DNA of 63,121 nucleotides, the filler included, from Nemertoderma westbladi (lineage: Eukaryota; Animalia; Xenacoelomorpha), in NCBI GenBank assembly GCA_032718475.1. It is 3 parts of 3 records of this genome, joined end to end, with 100 filler letters (N's around TTAATTAATTAA, not from the genome) between each part and the next. Parts side by side here need not be neighbours in the genome. Positions count along the whole stretch, not along the records: positions 1 to 28,225 come from JAUCBJ010008045.1; 2 more parts are not named here. The stretch is one strand, 5' to 3'. The notes under the pieces were generated by a model. It had not been told where the DNA came from. It was given only the letters and a program-made list of their open reading frames with translations, and made no database searches. Of the stretch, positions 1 through 11,600 are shown piece after piece. Numbering within the stretch: the stretch's first letter is position 1; every line of letters starts with the position of its first letter. The position numbers and the translations under genes were made by a program.

Positions 1-1
1 G

Positions 2-2253
2 AAGTATCCGAGGGTACCACCGAGAAGGGACTGGAGAAGGTTTGTAGAGTCTGTGAATAGGGGCGGATACATGGTCCTAGACGATGAGGGGACTGTGGAG
101 GATGACGAGGGTTCGAGAAGAGGGTCGGCAGGATCGGCTACAACCATACTACTGCATTTGGCTGCGCCAAATGGAGACATATTCCTATTCGATCTAGGAA
201 CCTACGGGAAGAAGAGCGGGCCGAAGTTAAACTGGTTGCCAAGGGCGGAGCAGGACCTAGTGAGGGAGAAGACCACGGTGAAGGTGGGATTGGCGCTCCG
301 CGACGATGCGGAGAGGATTGTCGGACCGGAGACCCCCAACCTCCTAGACGTGCAAGCGGTCTATATGGCCATGACAGGGCCAGACGGGTTGGGATTGGTA
401 GAGAACACAGGACATTGCGGAGCAGTGGCGATGGGTCAGCTCATGGGGCTCGTCTTCCACAAGCCGATGGACTGGGGCAAGTTCCGGGAGGAGTACGGAG
501 CGGAGCTGGCGAACTCGCTGAAATGGGGAGCGAGGCCAGGGAAACAGGAGGTGTATCAATTCCGAAGAGGAGCGATAAATATATATCAGAGGAGATATAT
601 CCTACAGGAGGATTGGATAATGATAGGTTTACTAAACCTATTCATGGCCGTGGTTATCGGAAGAGAGCCAACAGCGTTTCTGCTGTCAGGAGCACCTCTA
701 AACTACAGAAGAGCCTTTAAGGTGGCCTTCGAAGGTCTGGTAAACCACCTGGGGCAGAAGGGCGAGTCGGTGTACTACAACAGCCGGCACCTAGTAGACA
801 GAGAGGTGGATACACCATACAAGAGATGGGAGAAGCTGGAAGCGGATAGAGTCGAGGAGAAGCAACTGGAAGAAGGCGCCAGGCGAGAAAGGAGAGAAGC
901 AGATGAGAGAGAGGCGGACATAAGGGGAGAGGATTACGGCTTCGAAGCCCAGAACTTGGACGAGCTGAGGTGGGGATCAGGGAGCTCGGGCGAGTTTCTG
1001 GGGGAGGAGCTGGGATGGACGGAAGAATCGCCGAAACAGTCGACATCGGGATTGCAAGTGATGCCCATGCCAGCGGGCTCTGAGGGCGATTTCGTAAGCA
1101 AGAGACCGAGAGAATAGGAAAGGTGGAAAGTTACGGGTGGAAGCCAAGGTGGAAAGGGGCACAGTGGATCTATCGGGATACCGGGTCTGGATCCATCCCC
1201 AGTGAGGGGGGAAGATGACGACGAATTCAGGGAGATGCCGCCCATCGAGAGGATCAGCCACTCAGATACGGACTGGGTGGGTGGGAGAGTGGTGACGGCC
1301 AGCGGGGCAAGGGCCTTCTGGGATAAACCCGGCAAGCAGACCTGGGTGCATGAGGACCCGGCGATGCATTTCGCGGGGAGCATCATCAGGTTGGGCGAGC
1401 AGCCGGGAACGGCACCACGGGTAGTGTTTGGGGAGACGATGCCGAGGCGGGAGGAGGACGTGGATATGGATAGAGACATTAATGTCCAGAAGTTTGCCTA
1501 CCAACGGCTCCACAGACCTAGAAGACCGCTCGGGGCAAAAGACGACTTGGGGCGGATGCGTTGATACACGGCTGTGATTACTGCGGGAGGCTAACTCACC
1601 AGGAAAAGAGCTGTTTGTATCGATTTCAGAAGGGGACGAGTTGCCTCTACTGCCATGAGTCGACCCATAGAATGGGAGCATGTCCGAGGCTGCACAACCG
1701 CTGCTCAAAGTGTAACTTCCGAAGACACTATGGGCGCCAGTGCGACTGGATGGACAATGAGGAGAAGTTTAAGATCTTTGAGGAGTGGGCCGACGTCGGC
1801 ATTATGACGCGACAAAGAATGAAGGCCCAGGAGTTCCAGTGGGGTTTCTTCAACATCAATCCGGAAGCCCATCTGGAGATTTATTAAGAGGAGACTGCCA
1901 TTCACATACCAGGAGGTAGCGACAGCGGCATCGTATGGAGGATTCATCAACACGCAGAGGTACTTGGACAGGTGGATGCCAGAAAACAGAGGCGAGTTCA
2001 GAGATTTTCTGTCGGAGCATGTGCCGCAAACGATGAAAATGATCTTGTGGGACGCTACCAGGGGGAAGCAGGAGGGGCATTCGGAAGGCCCACCTGCAAA
2101 GCGTTACCGGGAGTTGATAACACCAGCGCCATCGAACCAGAATCGACCATGGGAATTAGCAAGGTGGTAACGGCGAGAATGAGGAGTCTCAGAGAGGACA
2201 AGCCGGAGGGAAGGAAGCGGCCCAGACAAGACGATGCAGGGGGAAAGAACTAA
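2..2253 (+). pseudogene. Disrupted element ORF: DEDDy (WRN/EXD/mut-7-like) 3'-5' exonuclease domain, acidic coiled region, three CCHC zinc knuckles
   Basis: Frame open from the window start. ExoI-like YMVLDDEG, LLHLAAPNGDIFLFDL, ExoII-like VKVGLALRDDAERI, LLDVQAVY, ExoIII-like QRRYILQED. Knuckles CDYCGRLTHQEKSC, CLYCHESTHRMGAC, CSKCNFRRHYGRQC (1561-1887). In-frame TAG at 1115-1117, then compensating -1/+1 frameshifts near 1560 and 1885. Confidence 0.6.
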
Positions 2254-3016
2254 GATGGTTCCCGAATACGGGGGGAACGAACTAGAACTCAGAGAGGGAG
2301 ATGTGGGCGTGCCTGGAAGGCACCACAAGTGGAATAATACGAACTCCTAAGTGCAAATACTTAAGTGCAATTAGTATGTACATATGTAAATAATCAATAT
2401 AATTACAATGAATATAATCAAAGTAAGTACTATAGTCATATATAACCTTTTCCAACTAGCTACTGGGATTGGGGACCAATTGACTATGACAGGAGGACGA
2501 GACACTAGACGAATCACGCTTCTTGAGTGCGACGACACAAAAGGGGAGGGTGAGGCTCGTCAGGGGTGAGTGGAGTAAAACAAGTGTGGGTTGAGTATAG
2601 GAGAACTGGAGAAGTATGGCGAGGAGGTGTTGGCATGCGTAGAAGTGAGAGGAGTGCAATTCAAGTGTGGGGAGCGAGCAGTAAGAGAAAGAGTAGGGGA
2701 CAACAGGGTCCGGGAGAGGGAGAGTAAGGGATGGAGGGGTCAGAGAGGGAGATTAGAGTGAGGTTGTATAAAATTGTGTGGAGAGAAAGCACAATTGTCT
2801 CGAACAGAGACGTCGGATACCTTGGTGCAACATAGCTCGCGATTGCACCAAGGAGGGGTAGTAATAACATACCCAGGGGGGGGGCGGGCGGTCTGGAAAG
2901 CCGACCCCGAGAAAATAACTCCACCCCACACCCGATATTAGATTGGGTCCCAGCGGAATTGAAGCGCACTTAAGGTTGATGCTATCTTCTCACCGGGAAG
3001 ATAGCATGGGGGGGAG

Positions 3017-3668
3017 TGTAAGCGGATTCAATTCCACTTCATCACCCACCAGAAAATGGGACCAGTGGCATTTTAGTAATATGTTGGGGATACGAGATTA
3101 CCAATATTAATCTCGTATCACAACCAACTTTGGGGGGGGGGGCGACACAAGCCCTAAAGCCACAGAGAAAGGTGAGAGGTCAAACCACCTCGGAGGGAAT
3201 ACAGCTAGTAGAGGCTAGCAGCGGGGGGAAACACTCACAGGGAGTGCCAAAGTGACAATTAGTATATTAGCCAATAGTGGGGAGGGAAGCACGTGATTAG
3301 CAACAGGAAAGCATCCATTGGGTACAGAGGGCCAAAGTACAGTAAGAGGTGAAATCAATATCAATGTGTGTTAACCATATATTATCCTACATTACTGATT
3401 TACCGGTCAGTTGAATTATTCAGTCAGTGCAGACCGGTCATAGTTAATGACCGTCACCGTCATTAACAGCAATTAATCTGTATTTTCTGCTATATCCATG
3501 CTATCACTACCGACGTGCTATTATCGTCTATGTTAATCAATATTGAGAAACAACACAAACTCTTATTGTTTTCCCCAACGGCGATCGGCCAAAGCAAGTA
3601 GCACGACTGCCCAGCAGAACGGTGACGCGTACATTTCTAACCCGGTCGGGATCTCCGATCCCGTCACA
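3017..3668 (+). repeat. Putative 3' LTR (652 bp, TGT...ACA)
   Basis: TG start immediately after the PPT, CA end, sharp compositional boundary. The partner LTR is not in the window. Confidence 0.65.
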
Positions 3669-6147
3669 TCAAGAATATAATAAATAAATATATTTTTTAA
3701 ATCTAATAATCTATATTGCATTACTTATCTAGAAGTAATAGTGCCACAGTAATAGCCCCTGTATGGCGGAAGTCATATTATGTAATAATTAATAATAATA
3801 ATACATTAATTGTTGTGGGATGGAGTGACTGTGTTTTACTTACTGTATAATATAATAATAATGATATATAACAATATGTTCGGTTGATATTTTTCTCTAT
3901 AGTGACCGTTATCATATTATTATACATATAATAATTGATCAAATGTATCGATTCCTAGATTAAATTGTTTCCTTCAATTATTGATACTTTTTTTTATCTC
4001 AGTATGTTATCATAAAATTTAAAATGCTATCTAAAGGTATATCTTAGACACAATACAAATGTTTTAATTTACGATGAATACCTGATGTATATAATATTCA
4101 TTCAACATTAATGGTTTGTTGGACTTTGAAACTGTATAGTATATTTATAAGTTTTATGTTAGTTGCTTTGAATTCAAAACGTTATTTATTATGAAATATT
4201 GTGTAAAACGTAAGTAATTGAACCAAATTCTCTAATTATAATTTTGTTAGGTGAGGCAATACAGTTTAAAGTTTGATTATATTATGTTTGTCATTATATA
4301 AACCAAAAATTTTGCTTATTCTTAATAGAGCGAGAATCTCATTATTTTATTCGAATTTTAAGCTTAATAATCAATATATAAACGGTATATATAAACAATG
4401 TTTTTTGGTTTGCAACATATAAAGTTATATTTATTTCGCTGCGCTGCGCTGTAAAGTACTTTATGGCGGTTGTTTCGTTGCAAAATTGTAATGGAAATCA
4501 TTGGTGATGAAAATGAAAAAAACTATTTTAAATTTTTGTTGTTAAATAAAATATACATTAAATTTCTATGGGGAATGATTGATCTGAATTTATAATAGAA
4601 ATTGATAGATAATTAAATAAAGAAAAGGCTCTGACGCTGACCTAATTAATGCAAAATTCATAAAGGTTAAAAAACATCGGATCGGTCTAGATTGCATCTG
4701 TTGTACCTGTAGTGGTACGAATGAGTGTAACCATGGATTTAGGAATATTATCTTTTGTTTGTAAGGCAACAAAGGAATCATTGGGTTATAATGATTTATA
4801 TACCTCTTTGATGTGAAATATTATCATATAGTTATGAATGATGAGTTATATAACAACAAATAGTCGAGGTTTACTAACGGTGTTAAGTAATGTTAAAATT
4901 TTGTAATTTTAACTATAATAAAATAAATAATATCTTAATCCTTAGTAACTTTTTAACTTTATCTCAAATCTCGTATTTTATCTTACCGCTGCTGGTTTAT
5001 TATAAAAGGCAGTGATTCGTAGTGGTTAAATTGAAAATTTATGTGGTATTTTTTGGCTACATTTAACAACTCAATTCAAATAATGTATCTCATCCAATGA
5101 AAATTGCGACCCTCTGAAAAAACATTATTTTTATGTGGTACCAATAATAATTGTCCAGGTCCCAATTGCCCTAATTCCGGATGGTTATTCTTGGGAGTCA
5201 GTGTGGCGCTCCCCCTTCTTTAAAGGCAACTGCCAAGAGAGATGATACTTTGGGTTGCCTCCTTCCGTTTTTCACCTTTACCGATAACTTTATGTTTTAT
5301 AGGCGTGATAGTTAAATTGCAAATGAGTGAAGAATAGGGCAAGTTCATTGGCGTAACTAAAATCAGCGTTTGCCATTATTCGGTTGCCAAAGAACCCGGA
5401 AACTTAGTTAATTAATATAATGAATGTGTATAGTGTCTCTATGTATCCGTAATTAATAAACTCTACGTGTTGTTTAATGAAGGGACAAATAAATTAATGC
5501 TATAATGAATAGAGATGTTCACATTACATTGGAAATGTTTGACAGTTAAATATAAAGGTATCCCATCCCATTGTAAATTCTTCCATTGTATTGTAAATAA
5601 TCTGATTACAGATTGTAAGATTAGTTGGTTCTCATGCCTAATTTCTTATGAATAACTTACAAAAGTCTCCAGGTCCTTTGGGACACGACCCTTATTTTTA
5701 TTGGCATACAAAATATTTGTAATGTCATTGTTTCATTGTATAAAATGTTAAATTAACCCCTAATTCCCCCTTGTGTGTTTCAAGTATACAATTAGCCATC
5801 ACCCAAGGCATTATCCAATGCTATCGTTGCTATATTTGCCATTGTGAAGTGCACTTTATCCTATTAACACAAACAAAACGCGTACTGTGCCAACTCAAAA
5901 ATATTTTGCAACTGTTTATAATAATATGTTGCCGTAAATATATTTCTTACATACCTCCGGTGTATTTACTTTCACTTGTCACAATGTTATTGATCAGGAT
6001 ATTAGTCTTGTATGATGTGGTGTATATCACGATTTGTAAGAAAACTTTCACTTTAAACATCATATGATTATCAATAGATGGAGTTGTCGTTACGTTCCGA
6101 GAATAGGTATAGTTGCTGCTTAATATCTAACGAAGACGAATTGTAGT

Positions 6148-8187
6148 ATGTTTTGGATAGTTGCATGTTATTTGGTACTATTTCCATTACTCGCATGTGG
6201 TCAGGAAATAAATAATTTAGAAAAATTTCTTGCAGACTACAACGCAGAGGCGGAGTTTCTATCGGCTGATTATTATAAAAAATTATTTACTTTTGAGACG
6301 AATATGGCGGATGAGAACGCGGACGCCTACGCAACTGCTGGCGAACTTTACGACAACTTCACAATGTCCAAATCCACAGAAGCTCAGCAATTCGTTGATT
6401 TTAATAAATACAATGATACTGAGAAGAGAATGTTGAAGAGAATACTCGATATTGGTGTCGCAGTTTTGCCTAGCAAGCAACGGGCTGATTTAGCTATGGC
6501 AACGAAAAATACAAGTACAGCATATAGTGAGGGTAAAGTTAATTTTAAAGGAAAAGACAGAAAATTGGAAGAACTTGAGTTATATATGGGGCGGTTACGA
6601 AACTATTCCGAACTTAAGTATATTTGGGAGAAATGGCGGGATGGTATCGGACCTAAAGTGTTGCATGACTACGAGAAAATAGTTGAATTGAATAATGAAG
6701 CTGCTCATTTAGTGTCAGAATATGTACACGTTGATTATAATTCGTGGACTGATTATCTAAAAAGCTTTTACGACGAACCTGACCTTGAGAATATCGTTCT
6801 AGAACTTTGGGAAGAGCTTGAACCTATGTACAAACAACTGCACGCTTACGCGAGGAGGAAACTTTATGAATTCTACGGTCCGGACTATATCGATCTGCAA
6901 GCTCCGATTCCGGCTCACATTATGGGTAACATGTGGGGCGCTACCTGGTTCAACCTTCACGATCTGATGAAACCCTTTCCTGAAACCAACGACCACGTAG
7001 AAGAAGTCGCAATGACTCTGCTCAATAATCTGGACAGCATCGAGGACATTGTCTCGAGAAGTGAATCAATATTCCCGGATCTCGGAATGACTCCCATCAA
7101 TCTCTCTAATAAGTCGATTTTCGAACGGAACCCAAACGTGACGAATATGGTTTGCCACGCCACCGCATGGCCCATCGATGTTGGGGATCATAGGATAGTT
7201 ATGTGCATGGTTGAGAACAGTTTAGAAGATTTATTCACATTGTACCACGAACTGGGCCACATCGCCTACTTTGGGTTAATCGATAGTCAACCATTCGTTT
7301 TTCGGAATTCCCCCAATCCTGCTTTTCACGAGGCAGTTGGCGACACAATATTTCTCGTGGCCGTGAGCCCTCAGTACCTTAAATACGTTGGTCTTCTCGA
7401 TACTAATTACGTTGTCGATAGCAAAAAGAAACTTAATTCGATGATGCGTATGATGTTGGCTGACGTGGCTTTCATGCCGTATGGGATGTCACTGGAGCTC
7501 TGGAGGTGGCGAGTGTACGGCGGGGAGATTAAACGGGGTGAATATAATTCTAAATACTGGGAATTAATTAGGGAGTATCAAGGGGTTGTACCGCCAATCT
7601 GTCGGAAACCTACTGACTTTGATCCCGCCGCTAAGTTCCACGTTGCCTCGGAAACACCTTACATCAGATACTTCCTCGCTAAGATACTTCAATATCAATT
7701 TTACAATCAAATGTGCAAAGATGCCGACGAAGCCAACGTAGCTGACTGCAGTATCTACGGAAATCCGGAAGCGGGACGACGCTTCGAGGAACTGCTTAAG
7801 AAAGGGGCCAGCGAACCATGGCGAGACTTGTTAGAGAAATATACTGGAGATAGACGGTTTAATGCGAAACCAATGCTCGAGTACTATAAGCCGCTCACTG
7901 ATTGGTTGATTAAAACAAACTCAAATGAGACAATCGGCTGGCCTAATACTATATGGAGACCAAAAGACTACGGTTGTGATGACGAGTATGAGGAAAGCTC
8001 TCTTCCCCGTTATCACATTGTAGCTGTATATCTTGGAATAGCTTGTATCGTCGGTGTATTCTTCTTACTTTTATTGATGTACACGGGTAACGTTTGTTAC
8101 AACGAGCGACGGGTAACGCGAAGACGAACAGAGACCGTCTTGGAACTTTGTAATCACGAAGGAGTTGGTGCAGATACTCCGGTGTGA
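6148..8187 (+). CDS. ACE: Angiotensin-converting enzyme-like peptidase (M2 family), single catalytic domain, type I membrane protein, intronless
   Basis: Signal peptide; YKQLHAYARRKL, PIPAHIMGNMWG, VCHATAW, zinc motif HELGH plus HEAVGD, DFDPAAKFHV, PYIRYF; C-terminal TM helix and cytoplasmic tail ending DTPV. Confidence 0.95.
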   Translation: MFWIVACYLVLFPLLACGQEINNLEKFLADYNAEAEFLSADYYKKLFTFETNMADENADAYATAGELYDNFTMSKSTEAQQFVDFNKYNDTEKRMLKRILDIGVAVLPSKQRADLAMATKNTSTAYSEGKVNFKGKDRKLEELELYMGRLRNYSELKYIWEKWRDGIGPKVLHDYEKIVELNNEAAHLVSEYVHVDYNSWTDYLKSFYDEPDLENIVLELWEELEPMYKQLHAYARRKLYEFYGPDYIDLQAPIPAHIMGNMWGATWFNLHDLMKPFPETNDHVEEVAMTLLNNLDSIEDIVSRSESIFPDLGMTPINLSNKSIFERNPNVTNMVCHATAWPIDVGDHRIVMCMVENSLEDLFTLYHELGHIAYFGLIDSQPFVFRNSPNPAFHEAVGDTIFLVAVSPQYLKYVGLLDTNYVVDSKKKLNSMMRMMLADVAFMPYGMSLELWRWRVYGGEIKRGEYNSKYWELIREYQGVVPPICRKPTDFDPAAKFHVASETPYIRYFLAKILQYQFYNQMCKDADEANVADCSIYGNPEAGRRFEELLKKGASEPWRDLLEKYTGDRRFNAKPMLEYYKPLTDWLIKTNSNETIGWPNTIWRPKDYGCDDEYEESSLPRYHIVAVYLGIACIVGVFFLLLLMYTGNVCYNERRVTRRRTETVLELCNHEGVGADTPV

Positions 8188-8699
8188 TTGGTGGAAATGT
8201 TTACAGTCTATAGTCTAATTTATTTGATTCGAATTACCAATTAGAAGGCAAGAATAGGACAACGAAATTTCAACATTTCTTTTTCTAAACAAACAATTTC
8301 GTATATTATTTACAGCATATGAAAAAAAAATACCAAATTACATTTACATTTTGCATAATTATTATGGTATTTATTTTGCACACCAATCTAAATAATCATA
8401 ATATAAACTAAACCGTGCTTTTTGAGGTGAATATATTCTTAATTTCTGATTTCTGATTTGATTTTTTTCATAAATCGCTATGCATTAGTAATACAAATGC
8501 AAGTTAAACGGAGGAAACCAATTATCTGTGTCTAGAATATAGAGTAAGAGAGGGTGACTAAATTTTAAGAGTTAATTTACGCATAGCTAACCCTCAGGCA
8601 TTTTATTAATGATTAATTATATAATAATTTATAATAAAAGACTACACTCTTATAGCCATTCTCACTCTTATAGCGGATATTAATAAATTGTTGGTTGTT

Positions 8700-11600
8700 G
8701 GTTGTTGATATATTAGTAGCTAAACTGTTGTTTGAGTTAGATTGTATATAAAAACAGAACCATGTCCATTTATTGTCGATGGTAGGCGGTGATGGTGCGC
8801 CTGCACGTCCAAATGAATGCGACTAGCTAAACAAACTAAAGGCCTCCTTCCTTCAAACGATCAATCATGGAAATACCCTGCATTAGTCTCACTGATAGTG
8901 AGCTTCTAGCAGACCCACCTCCCGAATCTGAAGACATGTACGAATTTGGAGGTCTGCCTCTCTCGAGGCACGATATAGAATCGTTAAATGGGCAAAACTG
9001 GTTGACAGATAACATTGTTGAAGCAGTTATATCCAGCTTGTGTTTAGGCTACAACGGCCATGCAAGAGTTTTTAACTCTCATTTCGTTGACATCTTTCAA
9101 GAAGGCGGCTTTAAGAACATACAGAGTCTGAGCAAGGGCGCTTCAGTGCCAGTTTTTGATAACGATTTCATATTTTTCCCTATAAATGTAAACAATTGCC
9201 ACTGGACCCTTGCTGTTTACTCACCTTTAAAGTCAGCAATTTGGTTTTTCGACTCACTGGGGGGCTCTAACCAAACAGTTGTTGATTCTATCAAAGAATG
9301 GGTGCATCTTGTTGCCATTCATTACAATGTGGACCTCCCCCCAATTACCGTTTATCCCTCCATTCAAAAGGTGCAATACAACACCTATCAATGTGGGGTA
9401 TATATCTGTAGGTATGCAAAATGGTGTATTGAAGGTTACTCACGATCGGATTTTGAGGATATCAATGATATTACCATTTCCAAGCATCGTAGTGATCTGT
9501 ATTCTGATATTTCCAGAAATGCCCCTCTAGTTTGGTCAGCCAATCAACAGAAGGCATCGACACCTACACCACCTCCAATTGGAGATCCCACCCCGTTTCC
9601 GAATTCTCACCCACCCGTGCTTAACCATACACAATCAATCTCACCGCTAGAGCCGAAACAACCTCCAATCCAATCAGCCGAATCCTCCCAGGATAACAAT
9701 CAAATTGGAGACCCCACTCTGGTCCCGAACTCTCATCCACCCTTATTTACCCATACTCCATCAATTGCACCGCTAGAGCCGGGACAACCTCCCACCGTTA
9801 CCAGTGGAGGACTGTCCCTCAAGTTCCCATGCACCACCTGCTCTAAATTATGCTGTGTCAACCCCAAGGGAGGGCTGCGCAAACACAGATCCACTGAAGG
9901 CACCACTTGTCCTGGGTCAGGTTCCATCATTACATTTCCAGCCACCGGTTCCTCCGCTCCTGCTGAAGCTGCAATTCCACCCGACTTACACTCTAATCAG
10001 CCAGCCATGTCTCAAGGGTCACCCGGACTACTGTCCCAACCGTTTACCAATGACACTCCATCCCCTGCCCCTGCGGTAGCCAGCCAGAGCGCCATATCAG
10101 ATTCACTTAGCAGTGCATTCGAAACCCTCACTAGGATCAGAACCCTGACTCGTATCCCCAGGGGTGCAAGACTAAAAGCAGCCACACTTTACAGTAGTCT
10201 CTGTGATGCCATCGTCCTCAACAACAGTCAGTCAAACTGGTTAAACCTGCTGGCCTTTCCATTCTCTCTCAGAGTACCCTCCCAGGGATCAAGGTCCAGA
10301 CGTGGCCGGAGGGCTATCGGTCCAGCCTGCAAATCACTCACAGCCAAGGTAAAGGACCAACTGTTGGAATTTGAAGAGATGGTCAAGAACACCAAAGAAT
10401 TACTAGTACTGCCCACGACTAGCCTTCCATCCCATCTGAAGCCCAAGACTCAACAATCCTCGGATGACATGCTAGGGAAATTGATAGCCTCTAAGATAGA
10501 AGAAGGAAATGTGAAAGCAGCTGCACGACTAGCATCCTCATCAGCCACTATAGCCCCAGCCACCTCAGAGACCCTTGAAGCCCTCCGACTCCTTCATCCT
10601 ACACGCCCATCAGATGACTTCCACGGAGTACCGTCATTAGAGGAAGCAGATGTCCCGACCCTCGAGCTATCTTACCCAGAGGTTCTAAAATCAATCAAGC
10701 TATTCCCCAATGGCTCGGCACCAGGTCCCGACAACTGCCGTCCTCAGTTCCTCAAGGACATGATCTCATCATCAGCGGGGGATGCTGCCCTGGCTTCCCT
10801 CAAGGCTATGACATCGGTAGCTAATATCATGCTAAAGGGAGGAGTGCCCCAGGAAGTTCTCCCTTACCTCTATGGCGCCAGGCTTTGTGCTTTCACTAAA
10901 CCAGCAGGTGGAGTTCGCCCCATAGCCGTGGGGTGCACTCTGCGTCGACTTACCGCCAAAACAGGCTGCCATTCAGCGGCAAAGCATTCCGGTTTAAAGC
11001 TAGGACCCCATCAGCTAGGGTTCGGGACCCCCCGGGGTGCAGAAGCAGCAGTACATGCAGCCAGGCGTTTCCTCAGTGAGTCAATAGAGAGAGAGACAGT
11101 CATGATCAAAATTGATTTCTCAAATGCCTTCAACAGTATTCACCGTGGACCAGCCTTGAGGGCAGTGCTAAAGAACCTCCCACCACTATACAACCTGGCA
11201 TATCAGTCATATTCGCAACCCTCTCTCCTATTCTACAATGGGACAACAATTGCCTCTGACGATGGTATGCAACAGGGAGACCCACTAGCCTCTCTATTCT
11301 TCAGCAACGACACAATTGAACTTGTCGATAGCATGGAATCTCCTCTCAACGTGTGGTTCCTGGATGACGGTTCCTTGGGTGGAACACCATCTGTTGTTGC
11401 TTCTGACCTGAAGAGGGTCATAGCCGAGGCAGCAAAGCTAGGGCTTATGGTCAAGGCATCCAAGTGTGAGTTAATCTTTGGCAAGCACTTTCCCTTAGAA
11501 CTGAAAGAAGAGACAACAGCTCTGTTTGATGCCATCACACCAAGCATTAAACCAATCGATTTTTCTGATGCGCTGTTGCTTGGATCACCCCTAGGAGATT

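Larger units (their letters stand above)
1..3668 (+). mobile_element. 3' part of an LTR retrotransposon (superfamily not determinable; pol is outside the window)
   Basis: Purine-rich internal region, polypurine tract GGGGGGGAG at 3008-3016 directly followed by TGTAAGCGG (3017). The block ends ...CCGTCACA at 3668, after which the sequence switches abruptly to very AT-rich host DNA. Confidence 0.7.

Noticed and set aside
8640-8866. Spliced-leader, snRNA or rRNA target site for the CRE element
   Set aside because: No recognisable SL, U2 or rDNA sequence and no TSD; only a short CACTCTTATAGC duplication and a TTGTTGG microsatellite.
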